Shown here one piece after another: positions 18,254 through 25,992 of a stretch of DNA of 64,000 nucleotides. The first letter of the stretch is position 1, and the number at the start of each line of letters is the position of its first letter. Below the pieces are notes generated by a model. It was not told the origin of the DNA. It worked only from the letters and a program-made list of their open reading frames with translations, and did not search any database. Both the position numbers and the translations under genes were made by a program. Origin of the DNA: Phenylobacterium sp. Lineage in GTDB: Bacteria > Pseudomonadota > Alphaproteobacteria > Caulobacterales > Caulobacteraceae. The stretch spans positions 24,907 to 88,906 of the forward strand of contig NZ_JAUSBZ010000144.1 in NCBI RefSeq assembly GCF_030651755.1, in the 5' to 3' direction.

Positions 18254-19411
18254 TTACTTTCTTTGATCCAATACTGGAGGTGCGAAAGGACTCGAAACAG
18301 CAGAAGCGGCTTTGCCCACGTCTGGCGGCACGGTATGATATAGAATAAATTTATCCCCAAGAAGCTCTTGGGCCAAAATCTGATTTGGAGTCAGACGCAC
18401 GTCAAAACCAAATTTATCCTCAAACCGGATCAGGTTTTCCGATACACCATCCGGATACCAATACCGCGTTCTTTCTTCATTGAGAAAATCCCGTTTTTTT
18501 GTTATAGGCATCCAATCTTCTGCATCAAGAACTTCATCACCATTTCTTGGCCAATAGCCAACCAATGGCCTGGGCTCTCCATTCAATTTACTTCGCGTGA
18601 TGCCGAGAAGATCGCCGAGATTCCCCTTCCCCTTCGTTGAAAGCCCATTGGACCAACGCTGAGCGAAGCCGTCAGAGAATCCACCAAATGCACCGCCCAG
18701 AACCGCCGCCTGGCCCGCATTCTCCGATGACGGAGTTCGACCATTCAAATAGTCTTGCGCCGTTGTTGTAGCCGCCGCGCCGAATGCACCAGCGCGGACC
18801 GGGCCTGCCGGCAGCGCCGCTGCGCCGACGGCACCGCCTATAGCGGCGCCGACGCTATCGGCGGCGGTCGATGTCCGCCCCTGTAGGGTATCCGTGCCAA
18901 TCTGCACGCCAAGCCCCGCCACGCCTCCGCCGCCGACAATGGCGGCGATTTCTCTGCCTGTCAGTGCGGCTGCGCCAGCCAGTCGAGGGGCGGCGGCGAC
19001 AACGCCCATGGCAGGCGCTGCCGCAGCGGTCGCGGCGACACCCATGACAGCGCCGCCTGCATTGCCTACGCCCTTGGCGATGGGACGCTGATCGGCGTCC
19101 AGACGACCTCTCGTCTGCTCATCCCGAAGGTTTGAACGGAAGCTCTCTCCCAGATCTGCCCCATTTGCCGCCTGGAAGAGCGCATTGGCTCCGGCGGCAA
19201 GTCGGTCCGCGCCTCCGAGGGTCATGACATTTGCCGCCCCCCTCACGGCCGTATCGATCTGCATCGCCCCTTGCTGAGCCAAAGCGCTAGCCTTGCGCAG
19301 GGTCGGAGATCCTCGAACCGCTACGGCGAGCTTTCTTTGCGCATTCAAGCGCGCAGCTTCGACTTTTGCCAACTTCTCTCGAAGGGCAACCGCCTGAGTT
19401 AACATGGACAT
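18254..19411 (-). CDS. modular toxin-like protein: coiled-coil N-terminus, Gly/Ala-zipper region, low-GC C-terminal PD-(D/E)xK-like domain
   Basis: 385 aa with no signal peptide. Residues 113-250 are a GxxxG/AxxxA-rich zipper (AIVGGGGVAGLGVQIG, GAAIGGAVGAAAL, AVLGGAFGGF). Residues ~253-385 are encoded by ~47% GC DNA and contain YWYPDG-x9-EDK. The CDS call is firm; the function is inferred. Confidence 0.55.
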   Translation of the reverse strand: MSMLTQAVALREKLAKVEAARLNAQRKLAVAVRGSPTLRKASALAQQGAMQIDTAVRGAANVMTLGGADRLAAGANALFQAANGADLGESFRSNLRDEQTRGRLDADQRPIAKGVGNAGGAVMGVAATAAAAPAMGVVAAAPRLAGAAALTGREIAAIVGGGGVAGLGVQIGTDTLQGRTSTAADSVGAAIGGAVGAAALPAGPVRAGAFGAAATTTAQDYLNGRTPSSENAGQAAVLGGAFGGFSDGFAQRWSNGLSTKGKGNLGDLLGITRSKLNGEPRPLVGYWPRNGDEVLDAEDWMPITKKRDFLNEERTRYWYPDGVSENLIRFEDKFGFDVRLTPNQILAQELLGDKFILYHTVPPDVGKAASAVSSPFAPPVLDQRK

Positions 19412-19557
19412 TCTGCGGCTGGCGCAGCCAGCCGTCCCTCAAGGTGTGGAAGGCTTACACTCGGCGTGCGTTCAGCACGTCAGCGGTCTAATCCTGCCAC
19501 AAAGAGAACGAGCGTCCAGAACAAAATAGGAACATCTCTCTCGCGCGCCGCCGGGCC

Positions 19558-21744
19558 CTACCCCGCCGCTAGCTCCGACGCCTTCAGCGGCAGGCTCCGC
19601 ACCCGCTTGCCGGTCGCGGCGAAGATGGCGTTGGTGACGGCCGGAACCACCGGCGGCAGGGCAGGTTCGCCGAGGCCCGTGGGCGGATTGTCGGACTTGA
19701 GGAAGTGGGTCTCGATCACCGGGGCGTCATGGATGCGCAGCAGGGGGAAGGTGTCGAAATTGGCCTGTTCGACCTGACCGTCCTTGATGGTGATCTCGCC
19801 GAACATCTCCGAGATGCCGTCGATCACCGAGCCTTCGATCTGGTTGAGCGCGCCCACGGGATTGATGATCTGGCGGCCGACGTCGGCGGCGACCCAGACC
19901 TTCTCCACCTTCACCGTCCCATCGTCAGCGACCGCCACCTGGGCCACCTCGGCGAAATAGCCCAGATGGCTGTAGTGGAAGGCGATGCCCTGGCCCTGGC
20001 GGGGGCCGAGCGTGGTCTTGCCCCAGCCGGCCTTTTCAGCGGCCAGGCGCACGACGCCGGCCATGCGTTCGGCGTTGAGGCCGCCCTGGCCGTCGGCCGC
20101 GGCGGCGTTGCCGAGCAGGCGCAGGCGCATCTCCACCGGATCGACCCCGCCGGCATGGGCCAGCTCGTCGATGAAGGACTGCACCACAAAGGCGATGGCG
20201 TTGCTGCCCGGCGCCCGCAGGGGCCCCGTCGGCACGCCCAGGGGCATCATGGAGACGTCGAGTTTGTAGTTGCCGAGGAACTGGGCGGGGAATTCGGTCG
20301 GGGCCATGCCGGCGCTGCGGGCGGTGGCCTCGCCCTCGCCGAAGGTGACGAAGTGATTGGCCCAGGCGGTGATATTGCCTGAGGCGTCGACCCCGCCGCG
20401 GAAGTGGTGGAAGCCGGCCGGACGATAGAAGTCGTGGCGCATGTCGTCTTCCCGGGTCCAGACCAGCTTGACCGGGGCGCCGGCCTCCCGGGCGATCCAG
20501 GCGGCCTCGACCATGTAGTCGTTCATCAGCCGGCGACCGAAGCCGCCGCCTGAGCGGGTCATGTGGACGATGACATTTTCCGGCGCGATGCCGAGCGTCG
20601 TGGCCACCAGCTGGCGGCCGGGTTCGGGCAGCTGGGTCGGGGCCCAGATCTCCATCTTGCCGTGATGGAAGTGGGCCGTGCAGTTCTGCGGCTCCAGGGT
20701 GGCGTGGGACAGGAAGGGATAGAAGTAGTCGGCCTCCACCGTCTTGGCTGAGGCCGCCAGCGCGGCCTCCACATCGCCGTCGCTGCGCAGGGTCTTGCCG
20801 CCCTTGGCCGCCGTGAGGCTGCGAGCCTGGCCGGCATAGCCCGGCGTCGACTGGCTGGAGGTGGGATGATCGGCCCACTGAATATTCAGAGCCTGCCGGG
20901 CCTTCTCAGCCGCCCACCAGGAGTCGGCGACCACGGCCACGCCGGGCAGCAGGCCGTCGAGTTCGGTCCCGCCCTCGACCACAAAGGCCTTGCGCACGCC
21001 CTTGATCCCTTGCGCGGCGGCGAGGTCGACGCTGGCCACCTTGGCCCCGAACACGGGGGCCTTGGCGTAGGCGGCGTAGAGCATGCCCGGCAGGCGCATA
21101 TCGATGCCGAACAGGGGCTGTCCGGTGACGATGGCGGCGGTGTCCACCTGCGGAATCGGCTGACCGATGATGCGGTAGGCCGAGGCGTCCTTGAGCTTGA
21201 GGCTCGACAGCTCCGGCGCGGTCTGGGCGGCGGCCTTGGCGGCGAGCGACCCATAGGTCGCCCGGCGGCGGCTGGCGGCGTGAACCACGACGCCCGGCTC
21301 AGTGGTCAGGCTGGCGGCGTCCACGCCCCAGTCGGCGGCCGCCGCCGCCATCAGCATGGCCCGGCCGGCGGCGCCCACCTGGCGCAGCTGGTCCCAGTGC
21401 AGGGGGGTGGCCATGGAGCCGCCGGCGAACTGGCGGCCATAGGCGACCGGATCATTGCCGGCCTGGACCGTGCGGACATTGGCCCAGTCCACGTCCAGCT
21501 CCTCGGCGATCAGCATGGGCAGGGAGGTCTTGATGCCCTGGCCGATCTCCGGGTTCTTCGAGACGATGGTGACGATGCCGTCCGGGGCGATCTGCACATA
21601 GGCGTTGAGCTTGGCGAGACTATCGGCCGCTGCGCCCTTGCCCGCGAAGGAGAAGGCCAGGACCAGGCCGCCCGCGGCGCCCGAGGCCAGCACGGCCCGG
21701 CGGGAGGGGGAGAAGCCTTCAGTGATGTTGGAGATGACGCCCAT
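19558..21744 (-). CDS. molybdopterin-dependent oxidoreductase, large subunit (IorB/aldehyde-oxidase family), Tat-exported
   Basis: I trimmed to the ATG at 21744 (MGVISNITEGFSPSRRAVLASGAAGGLVLAF, an RR Tat-like signal). Large Mo-hydroxylase beta-subunit-like sequence. It starts 5 nt after the 2Fe-2S subunit gene. Confidence 0.85.
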   Translation of the reverse strand: MGVISNITEGFSPSRRAVLASGAAGGLVLAFSFAGKGAAADSLAKLNAYVQIAPDGIVTIVSKNPEIGQGIKTSLPMLIAEELDVDWANVRTVQAGNDPVAYGRQFAGGSMATPLHWDQLRQVGAAGRAMLMAAAAADWGVDAASLTTEPGVVVHAASRRRATYGSLAAKAAAQTAPELSSLKLKDASAYRIIGQPIPQVDTAAIVTGQPLFGIDMRLPGMLYAAYAKAPVFGAKVASVDLAAAQGIKGVRKAFVVEGGTELDGLLPGVAVVADSWWAAEKARQALNIQWADHPTSSQSTPGYAGQARSLTAAKGGKTLRSDGDVEAALAASAKTVEADYFYPFLSHATLEPQNCTAHFHHGKMEIWAPTQLPEPGRQLVATTLGIAPENVIVHMTRSGGGFGRRLMNDYMVEAAWIAREAGAPVKLVWTREDDMRHDFYRPAGFHHFRGGVDASGNITAWANHFVTFGEGEATARSAGMAPTEFPAQFLGNYKLDVSMMPLGVPTGPLRAPGSNAIAFVVQSFIDELAHAGGVDPVEMRLRLLGNAAAADGQGGLNAERMAGVVRLAAEKAGWGKTTLGPRQGQGIAFHYSHLGYFAEVAQVAVADDGTVKVEKVWVAADVGRQIINPVGALNQIEGSVIDGISEMFGEITIKDGQVEQANFDTFPLLRIHDAPVIETHFLKSDNPPTGLGEPALPPVVPAVTNAIFAATGKRVRSLPLKASELAAG

Positions 21745-21749
21745 GGTCT

Positions 21750-22211
21750 TCAGGCCTCCTGGCCGGCGGCGCGCTTGATGGCGGCGCGGATGCGAACATA
21801 GGTGGCGCAACGGCAGATATTCCCCGCCATGGCCGCGTCGATATCGTCGTCGGTGGGGCTCGGGTTCTGGGACAGGAGCGCCGTGGCCGACATGATCTGG
21901 CCCGGCTGGCAGTAGCCGCACTGGGCCACGTCCAGCTCGCTCCAGGCCTTCTGGACCCGGGCGCCGACCGGCAGCGCGCTGGCGCCCTCGATGGTGGTGA
22001 TCTTGGCGTCGCCGATGACCTCGATGGGGGTCATGCAGGCGCGGATGGGGGCGCCGTCAGCATGGACGGTGCAGGCGCCGCACTGGGCGATCCCGCAGCC
22101 ATACTTGGTCCCCACCAGGCCGAGGGTGTCGCGCAGCACCCACAGGAGTGGGGTGTCGGGCTCGACATCGGCGGTCATCGCCTTGCCGTTGACGTTGAGC
22201 TGGTAGGCCAT
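21750..22211 (-). CDS. (2Fe-2S)-binding small subunit of the molybdenum hydroxylase (IorA-like)
   Basis: I trimmed to the ATG at 22211 ([10 protein letters not shown]...). It has two [2Fe-2S] cysteine clusters: [12 protein letters not shown] and CGYCQPG...CRCATY. Confidence 0.9.
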   Translation of the reverse strand: MAYQLNVNGKAMTADVEPDTPLLWVLRDTLGLVGTKYGCGIAQCGACTVHADGAPIRACMTPIEVIGDAKITTIEGASALPVGARVQKAWSELDVAQCGYCQPGQIMSATALLSQNPSPTDDDIDAAMAGNICRCATYVRIRAAIKRAAGQEA

Positions 22212-22349
22212 GCCCCGTTCCCCTGTTCTGGTTTCCTCAGATACCAAGAGTACGGGCGCCGGGCCTGCAGGTAAACGGCTGTTCGAATTTGCGCTCTAGC
22301 CTTGCGCGCGTTTCATCCGACAGCCGGCGCCCGCTTTTCGGAACGCGCT

Positions 22350-23045
22350 CTAGAGGCGGGGGATCAGGATCACCGCGTCAGGCAGCTCGTTGGGGTTGTC
22401 GGTGGGGTCGGCGGGGAAGTGCTCGGCCAGGATATCGCCCACCTGGGTGACGGCGGCCACCAGGCCGTCAGCCGTGCGCCCGGCCTTGGCCTGCGCCACC
22501 AGGGCGGCGATGGCGGCGTCCCAGCGACTCTGGTCGACCACCGCGGCGACGCCCTCGTCAGCGATCAGCTCAACCCCATGCTCGGCCAGGGAGACGAAGA
22601 TCAGCACCCCGGTGCGCTCCCGGGTCTGGTGCAGGTTGCGGGCCAGGAACAGCTCCTGGGCGTGACGGCGGGTGCGGTCGAGTTTGACGCTGCGAGGCGT
22701 CATGAAACGGCGCACGGGGCCCACAGAGCCAATCACCGCCACCAGGATGAACAGCACCGCCTGCAGCACGAGCGTGGTGGTCAGGGCGCCGCGCACGGCC
22801 AGCTCCACCGCCGCCCCGGCCTGGGCCGCGGTCCAGGGGGCGAAGGCGTCGGGCACCGAGACCTGGACGCCGGCCAGCAGCAGGATGGCCGGCGCAGCCA
22901 GGGCCGTGAGCCCGGCCCACAGGAAGGGGGTCTCGCGATAGTCCGAGGACTCCTCGGCGATGACGCAATAGAGCTCGCCGCGGGTGCGGGTCTCAGCGGC
23001 GCGGACGGCGGCCTTGACCGCCTGGGTTTCCTGATCGTTCAGCAT
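22350..23045 (-). CDS. TPM-domain membrane protein
   Basis: I trimmed to the ATG at 23045, which sits 1 nt after the upstream gene's TGA (23047-23049). It has central TM segments and a TPM-like C-terminal part (GVLIFVSLAEHGVELIADEG). It is the third member of the LemA-TPM-TPM triad. Confidence 0.75.
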   Translation of the reverse strand: MLNDQETQAVKAAVRAAETRTRGELYCVIAEESSDYRETPFLWAGLTALAAPAILLLAGVQVSVPDAFAPWTAAQAGAAVELAVRGALTTTLVLQAVLFILVAVIGSVGPVRRFMTPRSVKLDRTRRHAQELFLARNLHQTRERTGVLIFVSLAEHGVELIADEGVAAVVDQSRWDAAIAALVAQAKAGRTADGLVAAVTQVGDILAEHFPADPTDNPNELPDAVILIPRL

Positions 23046-23046
23046 C

Positions 23047-23850
23047 TCACCAGCTCCCCGAGGATCCGCCGCCGCCGAAACCGCCGCCGCCGCCGGAGAA
23101 GCCCCCGCCGCCAAAGCCGCCGCCACCCCCGAAGCCGCCGCCGCCACGACCGCTGCTGCTGGAGATCAGCAGAGGCAGGAGCCACCAGAGGCTGGAGCCC
23201 CGGCCGCGGCGTCCGCGACCCCGCCCGAAGGCGCCCATGAAGCCGCCGATGATCCAGAGCACGATGAACAGGACAAAGATGATCGGGGCGGTCAGGCCCT
23301 CTTCCCCATGGGACTGTTCGGCCGCCGCCGCGGCGCGGGCCAGGGCCTCGTCCTCCGGCAGGGCCAGTTGGTCGATGATGGCCTGGGTTCCGGCGATGAC
23401 GCCGGCCTCCATCTCGCCGGCGCGGAACTGCGGCAGGACCACGGCCTGCAGGATGGTGGAGGAGAGCGCGTCGGTGAGGATCGGCTCCAGGCCATAGCCC
23501 ACCTCGATGCGGACCTTGCGCTGGTTGGGGGCGACGATGAACAGGGCGCCGGAGTCGGTCTCGGCCTCGCCGATCCCCCAGTGGCGGCCCAGCTGATAGC
23601 CGAAGTCCTCGATCTCATAGCCCTGCAGATCGGCCAGGGTGACCACCACCAGCTGGCGGCCGCTGGCGGTCTCCAGGGCGGCGAGCTGTTCGGTGAGCTG
23701 GGCCTCGGTCTGCGGCGAGAGCATGTTCGCGCCGTCGACGACGCGGCCGCTCAGCGCCGGAAAGCTGGGCGCGGTCTGGGCGTGTCCCGTCCCGGCAAGC
23801 GCCAGGACGAGACCGATGGCCAGGGCGCAGGCGGCGCCGAACGACCTCAT
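23047..23850 (-). CDS. TPM-domain protein (YgcG-like), secreted, with TM helix and Gly-rich tail
   Basis: 267 aa with a signal peptide (ALAGTGHAQ), a TPM domain (VVDGANMLSPQTEAQL...QLVVVTL...ALFIVAPNQRKVRIEVGYG), a TM helix, and a C-terminal GGGGFGGGG tail. Its ATG overlaps the LemA stop. Confidence 0.8.
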   Translation of the reverse strand: MRSFGAACALAIGLVLALAGTGHAQTAPSFPALSGRVVDGANMLSPQTEAQLTEQLAALETASGRQLVVVTLADLQGYEIEDFGYQLGRHWGIGEAETDSGALFIVAPNQRKVRIEVGYGLEPILTDALSSTILQAVVLPQFRAGEMEAGVIAGTQAIIDQLALPEDEALARAAAAAEQSHGEEGLTAPIIFVLFIVLWIIGGFMGAFGRGRGRRGRGSSLWWLLPLLISSSSGRGGGGFGGGGGFGGGGFSGGGGGFGGGGSSGSW

Positions 23851-24536
23851 TGGGCGGGCGCAGGCTCAACCGCAGGCGCCGGAAGCGGGGCTGGCGCAGG
23901 GGCCGGCAGGGGCGCAGGCGCCGGCGCTGCGGGCTGTTCGAAGGTCACCGTCGGCGCGGTCTGGGCCGAGGCGGCGGCTTCGAAGGTCTGCATGGGCTCT
24001 GCCCAGCCATGGACGGTGTTGGCCCAGATGGCGCCCGGGAAGGTGCGGATCTCGGTGTTGTAGTCGCGCACGGCCTCATTGTAGTCGCGCCGGGCGATGG
24101 CGATGCGGTTCTCGGTGCCCTCCAGCTGGCTCTGCAGGGCCAGGAAGTTCTGGTTGGACTTCAGCTCCGGATAGCGCTCCTGGATCATCATCAGCCGGCC
24201 AAGCACCCCCGACAGCTGGTTCTGGGCTTGGGCGAACCGTTGGAACTGCTCGGGATCGGTGATGGTGTCGGCATTGACCTGCACCTGGGTGGCCGAGGCG
24301 CGGGCCTCGGTGACGGCCACCAGGACCTCACGTTCCTGGGCGGCGAAGCCCTGGACGGTGGAGACCAGGTTGGGGATCAGGTCCGAGCGGCGCTGATACT
24401 GGTTCTGGACCTCGGCCCAGGCGGCCTTGGCCCGCTCATCCTTGGTGGGAATGGTGTTGATGCCGCAGCCGGCAAGCGCCAGCGGGACGGCGATCAGGAC
24501 GGCGGCGCGGGCGAGGCGGGCGAACAGTCTGGACAA
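23847..24536 (-). CDS. lemA: LemA family lipoprotein
   Basis: I chose the TTG at 24536, which has GGAG 8 nt upstream. This gives MSRLFARLARAAVLIAVPLALAGCG (LAGC lipobox). LemA core: NTIPTKDERAKAAWAEVQNQYQRRSDLIPNLV...RRDYNEAVRDYN. Confidence 0.85.
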   Translation of the reverse strand: MSRLFARLARAAVLIAVPLALAGCGINTIPTKDERAKAAWAEVQNQYQRRSDLIPNLVSTVQGFAAQEREVLVAVTEARASATQVQVNADTITDPEQFQRFAQAQNQLSGVLGRLMMIQERYPELKSNQNFLALQSQLEGTENRIAIARRDYNEAVRDYNTEIRTFPGAIWANTVHGWAEPMQTFEAAASAQTAPTVTFEQPAAPAPAPLPAPAPAPLPAPAVEPAPAQ

Positions 24537-24621
24537 GGCGGGGCGCTCCAAAGCGGCGATGGCGCAGTTTCGCCGCGAATGTGGGCTGCGCCTTGACCTG
24601 ACGCAATGGGGGGCGCGCGTC

Positions 24622-25224
24622 TCAGGCGCTGAGCGCCTCCTCCACCTGGTCCAGGCGGTCCTTTCCGAAGAACATCTCCTGGCCCACAAAGAAGGTGGGG
24701 ATGCCGAAGGCGCCCCGGGCGGCGGCGGCTTCGGTCGCAGCCATCAGCTCGGCCTTGACCTCCGGATCCTGGGTGGCCGCCAGCAGGGCCTGGGCGTCCA
24801 GGCCCGCAGCGGAGAGGACCTCGGCGACCACGGCCGGGTCGTCCATCTTGCGCCCCTGCTCCCACATGGCCGCCAGCACGGCTTCCATATAGGGGGCCTC
24901 AACGCCGGCTCGCCGGGCGGCGACCAGGCCGCGCATGATCAGCAGGGTGTTGACCGGAAAGTGCGGGTTCATCTGGAAGGCGGCGAGGCCATGGCGGGCG
25001 ACGAAGCGCTTCGTCTCCAGGTTCTCATAGGCGAGCTTGCCCTTGACCTCGCCGAACGCCTCCATGGGCGAGCGGTTGTTGGTCAGCTTGAACAGCCCGC
25101 CCAGAAGGACCGGCCTCACCTCCAGCTTCGCCCCGGTGCGCGCCAGGATGGGCGCCAGGGCCTTCCAGGACAGGTAGGCGTTGGGACTGCCGAAATCGAA
25201 CAGGAATTCCAGGGTGGCGGCCAT
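24622..25224 (-). CDS. 2-hydroxychromene-2-carboxylate isomerase family (DsbA-like) protein
   Basis: I trimmed to the ATG at 25224, which has AAGGAGAG upstream. Sequence: MAATLEFLFDFGSPNAYL...GIPTFFVGQEMFFGKDRL. Confidence 0.8.
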   Translation of the reverse strand: MAATLEFLFDFGSPNAYLSWKALAPILARTGAKLEVRPVLLGGLFKLTNNRSPMEAFGEVKGKLAYENLETKRFVARHGLAAFQMNPHFPVNTLLIMRGLVAARRAGVEAPYMEAVLAAMWEQGRKMDDPAVVAEVLSAAGLDAQALLAATQDPEVKAELMAATEAAAARGAFGIPTFFVGQEMFFGKDRLDQVEEALSA

Positions 25225-25241
25225 CGGCGCTCTCTCCTTGC

Positions 25242-25982
25242 TCACCAGGTCTCCGTCCACGGACGAATATCAAGCTCGTGGGTCCAGGCCGAACGGGCCT
25301 GGCGGTGCAGGGCCACATAGGTGGCGGCGATATCGGCGGGCTTGAGCACACGATCATCGGCCAGGCGCTGCTCGATGTCGGACATGTTCGCGCGACTGAA
25401 GACGCCATCGATGGCGCCGTCCACCACCACATGGGCCACATGGATCCCCTGAGGCCCCAGTTCCCGGGCCAGGCTCTGGGCGATGGCGCGCAGGCCATGC
25501 TTGGCCGCGGCGAAGGCGGCGAACCCCTCGCGACCGCGGACCGAGGCCGTGGCGCCGGTGAACAGGATCGTCCCGCGTCCCCGGGGCGTCATCACCCGGG
25601 CGGCCTCGCGGGCGGTGAGGAAGCCTGCGAAACAGGCCATCTCCCAGACCTTGGTGAAGACGCGGCTGGTGGTCTCCAGGATGGGGAAGCGGACATTGGC
25701 CCCGATGTTGAACACCACCACCTCGATGGGACCGACCTCGGCCTCGATGCGGTCGAACAGGGCAGCCATCTCCGCCTCGTCCCGGGCGTCGACCCCATAG
25801 GCCCTAGCCTGGCCGCCAGCGGCGATGATCTCATCGGCCAGGCTCTGGAGCTGGTCGCCGTTGCGGGGCCGCCGCGTCACACAGGCCACGAGGCCCTCGG
25901 CGGCGAAGGCCTTGGCGATCGCCCCGCCGACCCCGTCCCCGGCGCCAATGACGACACAAGCGCCTCTCGGTTCATCGGCCAT
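25242..25982 (-). CDS. SDR family oxidoreductase
   Basis: 246 aa. Rossmann motif VIGAGDGVGGAIA, and an active-site region FAAFAAAKHGLRA (YxxxK-like, here AxxxK). Confidence 0.8.
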   Translation of the reverse strand: MADEPRGACVVIGAGDGVGGAIAKAFAAEGLVACVTRRPRNGDQLQSLADEIIAAGGQARAYGVDARDEAEMAALFDRIEAEVGPIEVVVFNIGANVRFPILETTSRVFTKVWEMACFAGFLTAREAARVMTPRGRGTILFTGATASVRGREGFAAFAAAKHGLRAIAQSLARELGPQGIHVAHVVVDGAIDGVFSRANMSDIEQRLADDRVLKPADIAATYVALHRQARSAWTHELDIRPWTETW

Positions 25983-25992
25983 GGGCTACTCC

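Noticed and set aside
18208-18360. N-terminal extension of the 359-aa track ORF overlapping the 3' end of the toxin-like gene
   Set aside because: The extension (MGINLFYIIPCRQTWAKPLLLF...) is just the low-GC toxin 3' region read in another frame. Internal ATGs at 18234 and 18207 lie after the toxin stop, and 18207 has a good SD-like run.
23047-23200. GGC/GCC-rich repeat block
   Set aside because: It is the coding sequence for the poly-Gly/Phe C-terminal tail of the TPM protein on the minus strand, not an independent repeat element.
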